Below, piece by piece: positions 9,512-19,400 of a stretch of 64,000 bases of DNA (the stretch's first letter is position 1; the number at the start of each line of letters is the position of its first letter). The notes under the pieces were generated by a model. That model had not been told where the DNA came from. It worked only from the letters and a program-made list of their open reading frames with translations, and did no database searches. A program made the position numbers and the translations under genes. This DNA comes from Candidatus Woesearchaeota archaeon (GTDB lineage Archaea; Nanobdellota; Nanobdellia; Pacearchaeales; GW2011-AR1), in the NCBI GenBank assembly GCA_964639615.1, contig CAZXHH010000001.1, positions 68,092-132,091 on the forward strand, read 5' to 3'.

Positions 9512-10342
9512 CTATCTTGTAATATCAGAAGTCTTTTTCCACTGAATATAATTTTTTTCAAGTAGCTCGATTACCTTTTGTCTATCTTCACTTTTACCTA
9601 AACCTTTCCAATCTATAACTGCAAAATCAACTTCTTCATAAGTTTTCTTAACTGCTTCTAAAATCATTTCTTGTGTAATAGGCATATTATACTCTGAAAT
9701 TATATGTGCAAAAGCAACATTTGATTTTTGCTGAAGCGCATTAAAGCTAGGACAATAATGTGGTCCCCCAATACCTATTGCAATCTCTCTATATTTATTC
9801 TCTTCGAATTGTTCAATTGTCTCTTGAATTGTCTTTGCAATAATAAAACCAACTCTTCTATTTCCCCATTCTAATTCAGTTGAACCAATTTCAATAAATA
9901 CACATGGCTTGCTTTCAATTAATGGCCCATGATGAGTTACTTCTAATGTAACAGAATACTCTTCTAAGTTTGCCTCTTTAACTTGGTCATTTAATTTATT
10001 AAAAATAAATTTGTTAAACAAAGCAGAAGATAAACAAACTTTACCTGGCATACCCCCGAAGTCTGCTTTTGAGAAATTCCCTGGAGCATGAACTGAAAGA
10101 GTTTTTCCTCCTTTCTCTGATTTATGCTTTGATGCAAAAATTATGAAGTCATATTGATTTATCCTTCCCATATCTAAATTTTCAGTATAGATTGTCTCTT
10201 CATCAACTAAGTAAAAATCAAAACTTGCTTTATTTTGCCAAGAAGAAAGAACAGGATTATCTTTAAATTGAGATAAGTGCGAACAGATGTTCATTCCTGC
10301 CTTATCCTTCTTACTAGCTATTACTAAATACTTTTTGAACAT
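9512..10342 (-). CDS. dtdA: D-aminoacyl-tRNA deacylase, archaeal type
   Basis: FASKHKSEKGGKTLSVHAPGN, VTHHGP, FIEIGSTELEW, GIGGPHY, IDWKG align with Pyrococcus DtdA conserved blocks. Confidence 0.8.
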   Translation of the reverse strand: MFKKYLVIASKKDKAGMNICSHLSQFKDNPVLSSWQNKASFDFYLVDEETIYTENLDMGRINQYDFIIFASKHKSEKGGKTLSVHAPGNFSKADFGGMPGKVCLSSALFNKFIFNKLNDQVKEANLEEYSVTLEVTHHGPLIESKPCVFIEIGSTELEWGNRRVGFIIAKTIQETIEQFEENKYREIAIGIGGPHYCPSFNALQQKSNVAFAHIISEYNMPITQEMILEAVKKTYEEVDFAVIDWKGLGKSEDRQKVIELLEKNYIQWKKTSDITR

Positions 10343-10434
10343 AAAATATTGGAGATAAAATAATTTAAATGGTTTTTGATGGTAGAGGATAATATTATAA
10401 TTAATTATAAAAACCCTCTTAATCTAAATAAATA

Positions 10435-10695
10435 ATGAAAGAGATGTTTCAGTTCATAATTGCAATTGTTATTTTAATTCTTGGAGTTCCGATTGGAAAT
10501 ATTTTAGCTAAAAATACAAAAGAAGAACTAAAAGACGGTAAAATTTGGTTTTTAATTTTAATTTTCATCTGCTTAATTGGAGTAATTTTAGGTTTAATTT
10601 TCAAAAACGATATTCTTCTTTTTACATTCCTTTTTATTGCTGTTGTTACAAGCAGAAGTTTGAAAATTAAGGAAGATAAAAAAAAGAGAAGATAA
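10435..10695 (+). CDS. Small membrane protein
   Basis: 86 aa, two to three hydrophobic helices, KR-rich C-terminus. Confidence 0.3.
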   Translation: MKEMFQFIIAIVILILGVPIGNILAKNTKEELKDGKIWFLILIFICLIGVILGLIFKNDILLFTFLFIAVVTSRSLKIKEDKKKRR

Positions 10696-10718
10696 AAACT
10701 TAAAAACTAGGATAATTC

Positions 10719-10967
10719 TTGAAACAAATGGAAGAAAAAAATATTGAAAAGGATTTAACTAAGATAATTGAAGAAGTCAATGCTAATTTTTCAGGAAAAC
10801 TGCTCTGTGGATGTTCTCCTGGAGAAGAGCAACTATTGGAAATTTATGAAGATGTTAAATATATTGAATTTATAGGAGCGTTTAGATACAAAGCAAAGTC
10901 AATGAAAGAACTTAAACCTCTTTTTGAGTATATAGAAAAAAATAATTACAAAACTAATCTTGAATAA
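10719..10967 (+). CDS. Hypothetical protein
   Basis: 82 aa ORF with plausible coding composition. Confidence 0.3.
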   Translation: MKQMEEKNIEKDLTKIIEEVNANFSGKLLCGCSPGEEQLLEIYEDVKYIEFIGAFRYKAKSMKELKPLFEYIEKNNYKTNLE

Positions 10968-10997
10968 TTATAAAAACACTTCTTTGTTATTTTATCT

Positions 10998-11771
10998 ATG
11001 ACAATTAGAATAGGTCCTGGAGGATTAGGTCCTGTAAAAGAGGCTGAAGGAAATTTAAAGGAGTATAACAAATTTAATTTTGGAAATTGTGAAGTAGAGT
11101 TCACTTATCAGGTTTATATGAATAAAGAAGAAGCTGAAAAAATAGGAAAGATTGCAAAAGAAAAAAACATAAAATTGAGTATTCATACATCCTATTTTGT
11201 AAATTTAAATTCAGAAGAAAAACAGAAAGTTCACGCAACAATGCAAAGAATTCTAAAATGCTGTGAAATAGGACACTATCTTGGTGCCAAAAGCATTGTC
11301 TTTCATCCAGGATATTATGGAAAATCAAAAGATAAGGAAGAAACATTTCAAAACATTAAAAAAAGAATTATAGAAATGATGGAAACAGTTAAAGAAAAAA
11401 AGTGGGATGTTGAATTATGTCCTGAAACAATGGGCAAAGTAAATGTATTTGGGAGTGTTGAAGAAATATCCAGATTAGTAAAAGAAACAGGATGCAGTTT
11501 TTGTATTGATTTTGCACATGTTTTGGCTCGTGATAAAAAGGTTGATTATGAAAAAATAAAGAAACTATTCCCACAAAAAGAATGGCACTGCCATTTTTCT
11601 GGAATTGAATATACTGAAAAAGGAGAAAGGAATCATATTAATTTAAAGAAAGAACAATGGAAAGAATTATTTGACAATTTACCGAAAGATAAAGAAATCA
11701 CAATTGTCTGTGAAAGTCCAGATCCTGTTGGTAATTGTATTGAAGGTTTGAAAGTTTTGAAATCACAATAA
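10998..11771 (+). CDS. AP endonuclease family 2 / xylose-isomerase-like TIM-barrel protein (endonuclease IV-like)
   Basis: SIHTSYFVNL, VFHPGYY, ELCPETMGKV, CIDFAHVLAR parallel the Nfo metal-ligand blocks. Confidence 0.55.
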   Translation: MTIRIGPGGLGPVKEAEGNLKEYNKFNFGNCEVEFTYQVYMNKEEAEKIGKIAKEKNIKLSIHTSYFVNLNSEEKQKVHATMQRILKCCEIGHYLGAKSIVFHPGYYGKSKDKEETFQNIKKRIIEMMETVKEKKWDVELCPETMGKVNVFGSVEEISRLVKETGCSFCIDFAHVLARDKKVDYEKIKKLFPQKEWHCHFSGIEYTEKGERNHINLKKEQWKELFDNLPKDKEITIVCESPDPVGNCIEGLKVLKSQ

Positions 11772-11802
11772 TTCTTATAAATTAAATAAATCTGCTTAGA
11801 AA

Positions 11803-12216
11803 ATGGAAGAGTCACAATTTGATGTAAATGCACTTGCTAAAAAGTATGCTGAAAATTATGGAATAACTAAGCAAGGGGAAAAAGAATCAGATTATAATTA
11901 TAGAAGCAGAGTTTCTGGAGAGTTAAAGAAACAAGGCCGCCTTATTGAAGCTCATGAAGCTTTTTCTGGTAGAAGATATGATGACCCGAATCAAGGAGAA
12001 TGGGGGCCAATGACAGGACTTCTTGGTGCTGCTGCAAAAGCACTGCAGGGAATTGAATTTTCACCTAGCGATTATGAAGAACAAATTGGAGACGATTTAG
12101 CAGCAGGACAATTAGTGAAACATCATAGAAGAGACAATGGATTAGCTGAAATTATAAGAGTTCTTGGTCCAGATGGTGCAATAAATATGATTGACGTTGT
12201 AAGAAAATTGAAATAA
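11803..12216 (+). CDS. Hypothetical protein, locally elevated GC
   Basis: 137 aa; GC noticeably above neighbours. Confidence 0.35.
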   Translation: MEESQFDVNALAKKYAENYGITKQGEKESDYNYRSRVSGELKKQGRLIEAHEAFSGRRYDDPNQGEWGPMTGLLGAAAKALQGIEFSPSDYEEQIGDDLAAGQLVKHHRRDNGLAEIIRVLGPDGAINMIDVVRKLK

Positions 12217-12228
12217 ATTTTATCTAAA

Positions 12229-12984
12229 TCAAGCTCCAATATTCAATAGAGTCAATCTATACATTATCAAAATACCAAGTAAAATTCCTGCAAGATTTCT
12301 GAATGAAAATTTATTTTCTTGTTGTTTGTGTATTTCTGGAATTAAATCACTGCCTGCAATATATAAGAAACCACCCACTGCAATAGGCATTACAATATAT
12401 GAAAATATCGCTGATTTTTCAGAGAAAATTATTCCAATTATTGCTCCAACAAGTGCAACCAGGGCTGAGAGAAAATTAAATAGAAGTGCTTTCTTTTTTG
12501 TATATCCAGAATATAATAAAACTCCAAAATCTCCTATTTCTTGGGGAATCTCATGAATTATTACAGCTAAAGTTGTTGCTATTCCTAGAGATATGCTTGC
12601 AAAATAAGAAGCAGATATAATTAAACCATCAATTAAATTATGCATTCCATCTCCAATTAAATTCATTGGGCCTAAATGATGCTTATGCACTTCACAATTT
12701 TGGTCATGACAGTGTCTCCATCTTATAAAATTTTCAATAACAAAAAATAAGATTATCCCTCCAAGAACTAAGAATGCTACTGTCAGTGTAAAACCTGTTT
12801 GTGAAATTATCTCTGGTAGCAAATGTAAAAAAGCCCCTCCTAAAAGAGAACCTACTGAAACAGCAACAAGAAATAAAATTAATTTATTCAAAGTTTTCTT
12901 TTTTATAAAAATAAAAAATATTCCTATTAAAGAAATTAATGAGATAATTATAACACTTAATATTATTGCAAATTGCGTATTCAT
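12229..12984 (-). CDS. ZIP family zinc/iron permease
   Basis: HEIPQEIGDFGVLL signature, His-rich loop HCHDQNCEVHKHH. Confidence 0.8.
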   Translation of the reverse strand: MNTQFAIILSVIIISLISLIGIFFIFIKKKTLNKLILFLVAVSVGSLLGGAFLHLLPEIISQTGFTLTVAFLVLGGIILFFVIENFIRWRHCHDQNCEVHKHHLGPMNLIGDGMHNLIDGLIISASYFASISLGIATTLAVIIHEIPQEIGDFGVLLYSGYTKKKALLFNFLSALVALVGAIIGIIFSEKSAIFSYIVMPIAVGGFLYIAGSDLIPEIHKQQENKFSFRNLAGILLGILIMYRLTLLNIGA

Positions 12985-13062
12985 TAAATTAAAAATGATT
13001 TAACACTTTTAATAGTTTAGGGTTATCAATAATAATATAAACCTGATTTTTTTAATTTTATC

Positions 13063-13779
13063 ATGTTATACTTAATAGGGTTAGGATTAGATGAAAAAAG
13101 CCTTTCAAAAGAAGCAATTGAAATAATTAAGAGATGCAAGAAAGTTTATCTTGACAATTATACTGTTGATTTTCCATATACTCATCAGGAATTAATTGAT
13201 GAGATAGGTAAAAAGGTAATTTCTGCAGATAGAGAAAAAGTTGAAAATCTTGAAATTGTAGGCGAAGCAAAAAAAATGGATATTGCTCTTCTTGTTTATG
13301 GAAGCCCTCTAACTGCTACAACTCACATTACACTGATTGAAGAAGCAATTCTTTCTGGAATAAAATATAGAGTCATAAATAATGCTTCAATTTTGGATGC
13401 TGTTGCTGAAACTGGTTTTCAGATTTATAAATTTGGAAAAATCGCTTCAATGCCTGCCTGGAAAAAATCATATGAACCAGATAGTTTTATGGATATTGTC
13501 AAAGAAAATAAATCAATAAAAGCACACACACTTTTACTAATTGATATAGGATTGCATATAAAACAAGCAATTGAGCAGTTAGAAAAAGCTGCAGCAAACA
13601 AAGGTGTCAAATTAGATAGATTAGTGATTTGTCAGTGCATGGGAACAAAAAGACAAAAAATTCTTTACAGAGAGCTTGAAGAAATTAAAGGATATACCGG
13701 TGTGCAAAAACCTTATTGCATTATAATTCCAGGAGAACTTCATTTCGTGGAAAAAAATATGCTCGAAGCATACAAATGA
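13063..13779 (+). CDS. dph5: Diphthine synthase
   Basis: MLYLIGLGL...GSPLTATTH...QIYKFGK...HTLLLIDIG...IIIPGELHFVE collinear with archaeal DphB. Confidence 0.85.
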   Translation: MLYLIGLGLDEKSLSKEAIEIIKRCKKVYLDNYTVDFPYTHQELIDEIGKKVISADREKVENLEIVGEAKKMDIALLVYGSPLTATTHITLIEEAILSGIKYRVINNASILDAVAETGFQIYKFGKIASMPAWKKSYEPDSFMDIVKENKSIKAHTLLLIDIGLHIKQAIEQLEKAAANKGVKLDRLVICQCMGTKRQKILYRELEEIKGYTGVQKPYCIIIPGELHFVEKNMLEAYK

Positions 13780-13798
13780 AATTAGTTTCGCAAAGAAT

Positions 13799-14596
13799 AT
13801 GAAAAAAAATTTAATTGTTGGACTTACATTTATTTTATTCTCAATACTTTTATCTTTTGCTAATGTATTTTTGATTACTGGAGCTGTTATTGGAACAAAT
13901 ATTTCACATTCTCTTATTACTATCTTAACTCTCGCTTTTTTTCTTTTAGGATTATTGTTTATTAGCAGATTTGGAAAAGGACTTGCAGCACTTGTTCTAG
14001 CTGGAACATTAATTGGAGGGCATGCAATTCATTCGCACAGAGAAAAACAATATTTAGAAGATACAAAAATAACTGCTTCATGGAAAACTGATTTAGGAAA
14101 ATTCCAGAGAACATATAGATGGGATGATGAACTTGATAAAGCTGAAAGAAAATACAAAATACCGAAAGGATTATTGAAAGGGCTTGCAATGAGAGAAAGT
14201 TACGGAGATCCATTGAGGCTAAATGAAGGAGAAGATGGTGGTGCTGGATTGTTTATGTTTCAACCACGGACAGCCAGAGCATATGGATTAAAAACTTATG
14301 GAAAATCTAACAAATCTAGTAAAGACTTGAAACATGGTGAACAATTAAAAGACCTGGTTAAGAAATATAAGAATGATTATAGAAAATTAGCAGAGATAGA
14401 TGAAAGATTTGATACTGAAAAATCTGCAGAAGCTGCTGCTAAATATCTAAGAGAAGATTATGAAAGATATGGTTCTTGGGATGATGCTCTCTCGGCGTAT
14501 AATCAAGGAACACCTGCACCTAGGTCTGATACTACTGAACACGTTAAGGCAGTTAAAAGATATCAGAAATACTACAAAAAGAGAGATAAGCATTAA
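13799..14596 (+). CDS. Membrane-anchored lytic transglycosylase (SLT domain)
   Basis: Three N-terminal TM helices then LAMRESYGDP...GAGLFMFQP...AYNQG, matching SLT catalytic E-S ... GLMQ ... AYN motifs. Confidence 0.6.
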   Translation: MKKNLIVGLTFILFSILLSFANVFLITGAVIGTNISHSLITILTLAFFLLGLLFISRFGKGLAALVLAGTLIGGHAIHSHREKQYLEDTKITASWKTDLGKFQRTYRWDDELDKAERKYKIPKGLLKGLAMRESYGDPLRLNEGEDGGAGLFMFQPRTARAYGLKTYGKSNKSSKDLKHGEQLKDLVKKYKNDYRKLAEIDERFDTEKSAEAAAKYLREDYERYGSWDDALSAYNQGTPAPRSDTTEHVKAVKRYQKYYKKRDKH

Positions 14597-14844
14597 TTCA
14601 TATTAAATTCTAAATTCCTTGCAATCATTCTTGGAGGAGATATTTTTCTGAACATCTCATTATAAAGATTTTCTTTTATTCTATACTTTTTTTGTTCTGG
14701 AGGATCAGCATATTCCTTTCCTTCCACTCCTCCATAAATAAATGAAGAATATCTATCATTCAAAATATTCACTAACCTTTTGTTAAAATCTCTTCTATCC
14801 TCAAGAGGGAGTTTTGCTATATTTATATATAATTCATCTTCCAT
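14593..14844 (-). CDS. Hypothetical protein
   Basis: 83 aa ORF. Confidence 0.3.
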   Translation of the reverse strand: MEDELYINIAKLPLEDRRDFNKRLVNILNDRYSSFIYGGVEGKEYADPPEQKKYRIKENLYNEMFRKISPPRMIARNLEFNMN

Positions 14845-14923
14845 AAAAGATAAGAAAAATGAGCATTTTTAAGTGTTTCTTTCTTTCAAAAATATTAAAA
14901 ACTAGTATTTCTATAAAATTCCT

Positions 14924-17770
14924 ATGGCAAGTATAAAAGAAACTGAAGAAGAAATTCTTAATTTCTGGAAAAAGGACAAAACATTTGAGAAATCATTAAA
15001 GAAAACAGAAAAACAAAAACCATATATATTTTATGATGGACCCCCATTTGCAACAGGGCTTCCACATTATGGACATATTCTTGGCTCTGTTACAAAAGAT
15101 GTATTTGGAAGATTCTGGACTATGAAAGGAAAGTATGTAAGAAGAGTGTGGGGCTGGGATTGCCATGGATTGCCTATTGAAAATATAGCGGAAAAAGGTT
15201 TGGGAATTAATTCTAAAGACGAAATTGAAAAAATGGGTGTTAAGAAGTTTAATGATTATTGTAGAAGCAAGGTACTTGAATATGCTGGAGCGTGGGAAAA
15301 AGTCATTGAAAGAATTGGAAGATGGGCAGATATGAAAAATTCTTACAAAACAATGGATAACGAGTATATTGAAAGTGTTTGGTGGGCATTCAAAAAATTA
15401 TGGGAGAAAGAATATATTTACGAAGGTGAAAAAATTTTAATGTACTGCCCAAGATGCATGACTCCTCTTGCAAAAGCAGAAATTGCAATGGATAATTCTT
15501 ACAAAAATATAAAAGAAGATTCTGTTGTAATAAAATTCAAGTTGAAGAATGAAAAAATAAAAGAGGATAAAATTTATGCTCTTGCTTGGACAACTACTCC
15601 TTGGACACTTCCTTCAAATCTAGCATTGACAGTAAATCCAAAATTAACTTATTTATATATTAAAGACAATTCAGATAAAAATGTTTATTTGCTTGCAAAA
15701 GAAGTAGTAAAAAATTTCTACAAAGACAAAAGAGAATACGAAATAATAAAGGAAGTAAAAGGAAAAGAATTGGAAGGAAAAGAATACGAACCGTTATTTG
15801 ATTATTTTAAGGATACAAAAAATGCATTTAAGATTATACTCGGAGATTTTGTAACAGCTGAAGACGGAACCGGAATAGTTCATACTGCTCCTGCTTTTGG
15901 AGAGGAAGATTATGAAGTCTGTAAAAAATATAATATTCCAATAGTACAACCTGTTGATGAAAAAGGAAAGTTTACAAAAGAAGTAAAAGATTTTGCAGGA
16001 AAATTTGTCCATAGCACAAATAAAGAAATAATTGAATTCTTAAAAGAAAAGAAAAAGATTGTTCTTGTGAAAAATATTGAACACGAATACCCTTTCTGTT
16101 ATAGATGCGATACAAAATTAATTTATCGAGCAATACCTGCTTGGTTTGTAAATATTCAAAAGATTAAACCAAGAGTTCTTGAACTAAGCAAAAAAATTAA
16201 TTGGTATCCTAAATTCCTAAAAGAAGGAAGAGTAAAGTATACTATTGAAACTGCTCCTGACTGGAATATTTCAAGAAATAGATATTGGGCAACAGCTATG
16301 CCGATTTGGGTTTCAAAAGATGGAGAGAAACTAGTAATAGGCAGCATTGAAGAATTAAAAAAATATTCTAAGGGAATAAAAGGAGAAATAGATTTACATA
16401 AGGATTATCTTGATAAAGTTATTTTGAAGAAAGATGGGAAGGAATTTAAAAGAATTCCAGAAGTTCTTGATTGCTGGTTCGAATCTGGTGCAATGACTTT
16501 CGCACAATTTCACTATCCATTTGAAAATAAAAAATTCTTTGAAGATAATTTCCCTGCACAATTTGTTGCTGAATATATTGCTCAAATAAGAGCCTGGTTT
16601 TATTATATGTTAATCTTATCTGCAATTTTATTTGATGAAATGCCCTTTGAAAATGTTGTAACAACAGGAACAATTCTTGGTAAAGATGGGCAAAAGATGA
16701 GCAAAAGCAAAGGAAATTTTACTGACCCCATGATATTAATAGATAAATATGGTGTTGATGCATTAAGATTTTATTTAATGTCAAATCCAGTCATGAATGC
16801 TGAAAATCTGAACTTCTTAGACAAAGGTGTTGATGATGCATACAACAAAGTAATTTCTCTTTTGTATAACACATTAAAATTTTATGAAAATTATAAAGAA
16901 GATAAAATTTCAAAACCAAATTCAAAAAATATAACTGATAAATGGATTCTTTCAAGATTAGTGCAAACAGGAATATCCGTTGAAAAAAATCTTGAAGAAT
17001 ATAATACAATAAAGGCATCAAGCGAAATACTTCAATTTGTGAATGATGTTTCAACAGGTTATATAAGATTAAACAGAGATAGATTTGAAAACGATAAAAA
17101 TGCCAGAATTACTTTAGGTTATCTATTAGAGAATTTATCCAAGATAGTTGCTCCTCTAATTCCATTTGTTTCTGAAAAAATATACCAATCATTAGATAAA
17201 AAAAATTTATCTGTGCACCTACAAGATTATCCAAAATTCAAAGAGGATGATGTAGATACAAACCTTCTTCAAGAAATTACTCAGGCTAGAGAAATAATTT
17301 CAAAAGGATTAGCTGAAAGAGATAAATCACAAATTGGATTAAAATGGCCTCTTCAAAAAGCAAAAATTTATGGAAAGGATGTTGATTTAAATGACGAATT
17401 AATTGAAATATTAAAATCTCAACTTAATGTTAAAGAAATAGAAGTTGAAGATGAAGGAGAATTAAAAGTTGAATTAGATACAAAAATCACTCCAGAACTT
17501 GAAGCAGAAGGATATGCTCGTGAATTGTCAAGACAAGTTCAAGAATTTAGAAAAAAATTAGGATTAAATAAGAAGGAGACTATTCAACTTTATATTCAAT
17601 CAGAAAGCAATTTGAAAGAATTAATTTCAAATCAGATTGAATTTATAAAATCTAGAACAAATTCCAAAACAATTAATTTTGTTACAACCCTGGAGAAGGA
17701 AAACTTTAAAAATGAGATAGACTTCTCTATTAAAGATAAAAGGGGTAAAATAGGAATAGTTAAAAAATAA
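14924..17770 (+). CDS. ileS: Isoleucyl-tRNA synthetase
   Basis: PPFATGLPHYGHIL (HIGH), KMSKSKGN, WDCHGLP; 948 aa. Confidence 0.9.
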   Translation: MASIKETEEEILNFWKKDKTFEKSLKKTEKQKPYIFYDGPPFATGLPHYGHILGSVTKDVFGRFWTMKGKYVRRVWGWDCHGLPIENIAEKGLGINSKDEIEKMGVKKFNDYCRSKVLEYAGAWEKVIERIGRWADMKNSYKTMDNEYIESVWWAFKKLWEKEYIYEGEKILMYCPRCMTPLAKAEIAMDNSYKNIKEDSVVIKFKLKNEKIKEDKIYALAWTTTPWTLPSNLALTVNPKLTYLYIKDNSDKNVYLLAKEVVKNFYKDKREYEIIKEVKGKELEGKEYEPLFDYFKDTKNAFKIILGDFVTAEDGTGIVHTAPAFGEEDYEVCKKYNIPIVQPVDEKGKFTKEVKDFAGKFVHSTNKEIIEFLKEKKKIVLVKNIEHEYPFCYRCDTKLIYRAIPAWFVNIQKIKPRVLELSKKINWYPKFLKEGRVKYTIETAPDWNISRNRYWATAMPIWVSKDGEKLVIGSIEELKKYSKGIKGEIDLHKDYLDKVILKKDGKEFKRIPEVLDCWFESGAMTFAQFHYPFENKKFFEDNFPAQFVAEYIAQIRAWFYYMLILSAILFDEMPFENVVTTGTILGKDGQKMSKSKGNFTDPMILIDKYGVDALRFYLMSNPVMNAENLNFLDKGVDDAYNKVISLLYNTLKFYENYKEDKISKPNSKNITDKWILSRLVQTGISVEKNLEEYNTIKASSEILQFVNDVSTGYIRLNRDRFENDKNARITLGYLLENLSKIVAPLIPFVSEKIYQSLDKKNLSVHLQDYPKFKEDDVDTNLLQEITQAREIISKGLAERDKSQIGLKWPLQKAKIYGKDVDLNDELIEILKSQLNVKEIEVEDEGELKVELDTKITPELEAEGYARELSRQVQEFRKKLGLNKKETIQLYIQSESNLKELISNQIEFIKSRTNSKTINFVTTLEKENFKNEIDFSIKDKRGKIGIVKK

Positions 17771-17853
17771 CTACCTATCAGTAATCCAATAAGTTTACTC
17801 TTTTATCATAATAAAGTTTAAAAGGCAAAAGCACTAAGGTAATTACAAGTAAA

Positions 17854-18660
17854 ATGATAGTAAAAGATGAATTTTTAAGCAGATTAAGGAAGATTTTCGA
17901 TTTAAATCTATATGAAGTTAAAGTTTGGACAGCTCTTTTATCGAGAGGAACTTCAACTGCAGGAGAATTAAGTAATATTTCTGATGTTCCTCGTTCAAGA
18001 ACATACGACATTTTGGAAAGTCTTGAAAAAAAAGGATTTATTGTAATGAAATTAGGCAAGCCAATTAAATTTGTTGCATTAAAACCTGAAGAAGTTGTTG
18101 AAAGAGTTAAAAGAAATCTTATAAAATATGCTCAGGAAAGAACAAAAAGATTGGAAACTTTGAAAGACGATGAGGTTTTAGAAGAACTTAACGGATTATT
18201 TACAAAAGGAATTAAATTTGTTGAACCAAGTGAACTATCTGGAAGCCTTAAAGGAAGACAAAATATTTACAATCACATGGATATGATGATTCGTGATGCT
18301 GAAAAATCAGTAACTATTGTTACAACAGCTGAAGGACTTAATAGAAAACTTGAAGCATTAATGCCTGTGTTAGAAAAAACAAAAAAGAGAGGAGTGAAAG
18401 TTAGAATTGCTGGTCCAGTAAATAATAATAATCTTAAAGTTGTAAGAGAATTAAAAAAAGTTGCTGAAGTAAAAAATATGGAAAATATAAGAGCAAGATT
18501 TGTAATTATTGATGGTAATCAAGTAATGTTTATGCTTTTAGATGATGAAAAGTTCCATCCAAATTATGATATAGGAATTTGGATTAACACAGAATTCTTT
18601 GCTCAAGCGTTGGAACAAATGTTTGATCTTGCATGGAAAGATATGAAACAGGTGAAGTAA
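17854..18660 (+). CDS. TrmB-family transcriptional regulator
   Basis: N-terminal wHTH LYEVKVWTALLSRGTSTAGELSNISDVPRSRTYDILESLEKKGFI plus C-terminal TrmB-like domain. Confidence 0.6.
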   Translation: MIVKDEFLSRLRKIFDLNLYEVKVWTALLSRGTSTAGELSNISDVPRSRTYDILESLEKKGFIVMKLGKPIKFVALKPEEVVERVKRNLIKYAQERTKRLETLKDDEVLEELNGLFTKGIKFVEPSELSGSLKGRQNIYNHMDMMIRDAEKSVTIVTTAEGLNRKLEALMPVLEKTKKRGVKVRIAGPVNNNNLKVVRELKKVAEVKNMENIRARFVIIDGNQVMFMLLDDEKFHPNYDIGIWINTEFFAQALEQMFDLAWKDMKQVK

Positions 18661-18771
18661 AGGTATATATTCCAAACATATAAAAACCAAAATATATTTT
18701 ATACAATATAATTATTAGATAAAATTGAAAGGAGGTATAAAATGGCTAAATAAAGTGTTACAAAAAAAGCG

Positions 18772-18987
18772 ATGAATGGTGAAACATGTGAAAATAGTAA
18801 TTGTCATTGCAGAAATGGTATGATAAGAATTGGAGCAATGGCTTTTATCCTATTCTTAGTTACTGTCTGGCCAAAAGTTGGAAACTGGCTTACAAGTGTT
18901 CCATGGTGGGTTTACCTTATAATCTGGATAGTGTTTTGCGGTGCATCAATGGGAATGAAGAACAAATGTATGTGCTGTAAAAAATAA
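18772..18987 (+). CDS. Small Cys-rich membrane protein
   Basis: 71 aa; N-terminal CxxC-like Cys cluster, two TM helices, C-terminal CMCC. Confidence 0.3.
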   Translation: MNGETCENSNCHCRNGMIRIGAMAFILFLVTVWPKVGNWLTSVPWWVYLIIWIVFCGASMGMKNKCMCCKK

Positions 18988-19070
18988 TTAAATTATTTTT
19001 TTAATTACGATTTCTAATTTTTTATTTATTTTAAAAACATTTATAAAATCAGAAAAAATCAGATATTCTC

Positions 19071-19400
19071 ATGGGATTTTATAGAGATGAAGAAAAAAGA
19101 GAATACATACGTGAAATTAAGAGAGATAGAAAATTAGGTAGAAATCTTTTTATCGGAGGATTAGCAGGACTTTCGCTATTGGGCTTAGAATATCTTACTG
19201 GAATTTCTCCAGAGATTACCAATGTCCCTGTTGACCAAATGAATTTTTATCAAGATTTACATTTAGGAGTATTATTATTATCTTCTTTAGCGGCCGGGGG
19301 CGGAGCATCAATTTATGGAATAACTTACCTTGTTGGCCCAAAGATGAATAAAACAAAATCAAAAGAAAATAATCTTGAAAAAACATCAAAAAAAGATTAA
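19071..19400 (+). CDS. Small membrane protein
   Basis: 109 aa with two hydrophobic helices. Confidence 0.3.
   Translation: MGFYRDEEKREYIREIKRDRKLGRNLFIGGLAGLSLLGLEYLTGISPEITNVPVDQMNFYQDLHLGVLLLSSLAAGGGASIYGITYLVGPKMNKTKSKENNLEKTSKKD

Noticed and set aside
13014-13030. 13-mer tagggttatcaat shared with 28628-28640
   Set aside because: A single shared 13-mer in 64 kb of AT-rich DNA is expected by chance. No flanking similarity.
15794-17054. Multiple 60-90-aa minus-strand ORFs
   Set aside because: Antisense within ileS. Typical AT-rich antisense frames with Phe/Ile/Lys-rich low-complexity products.
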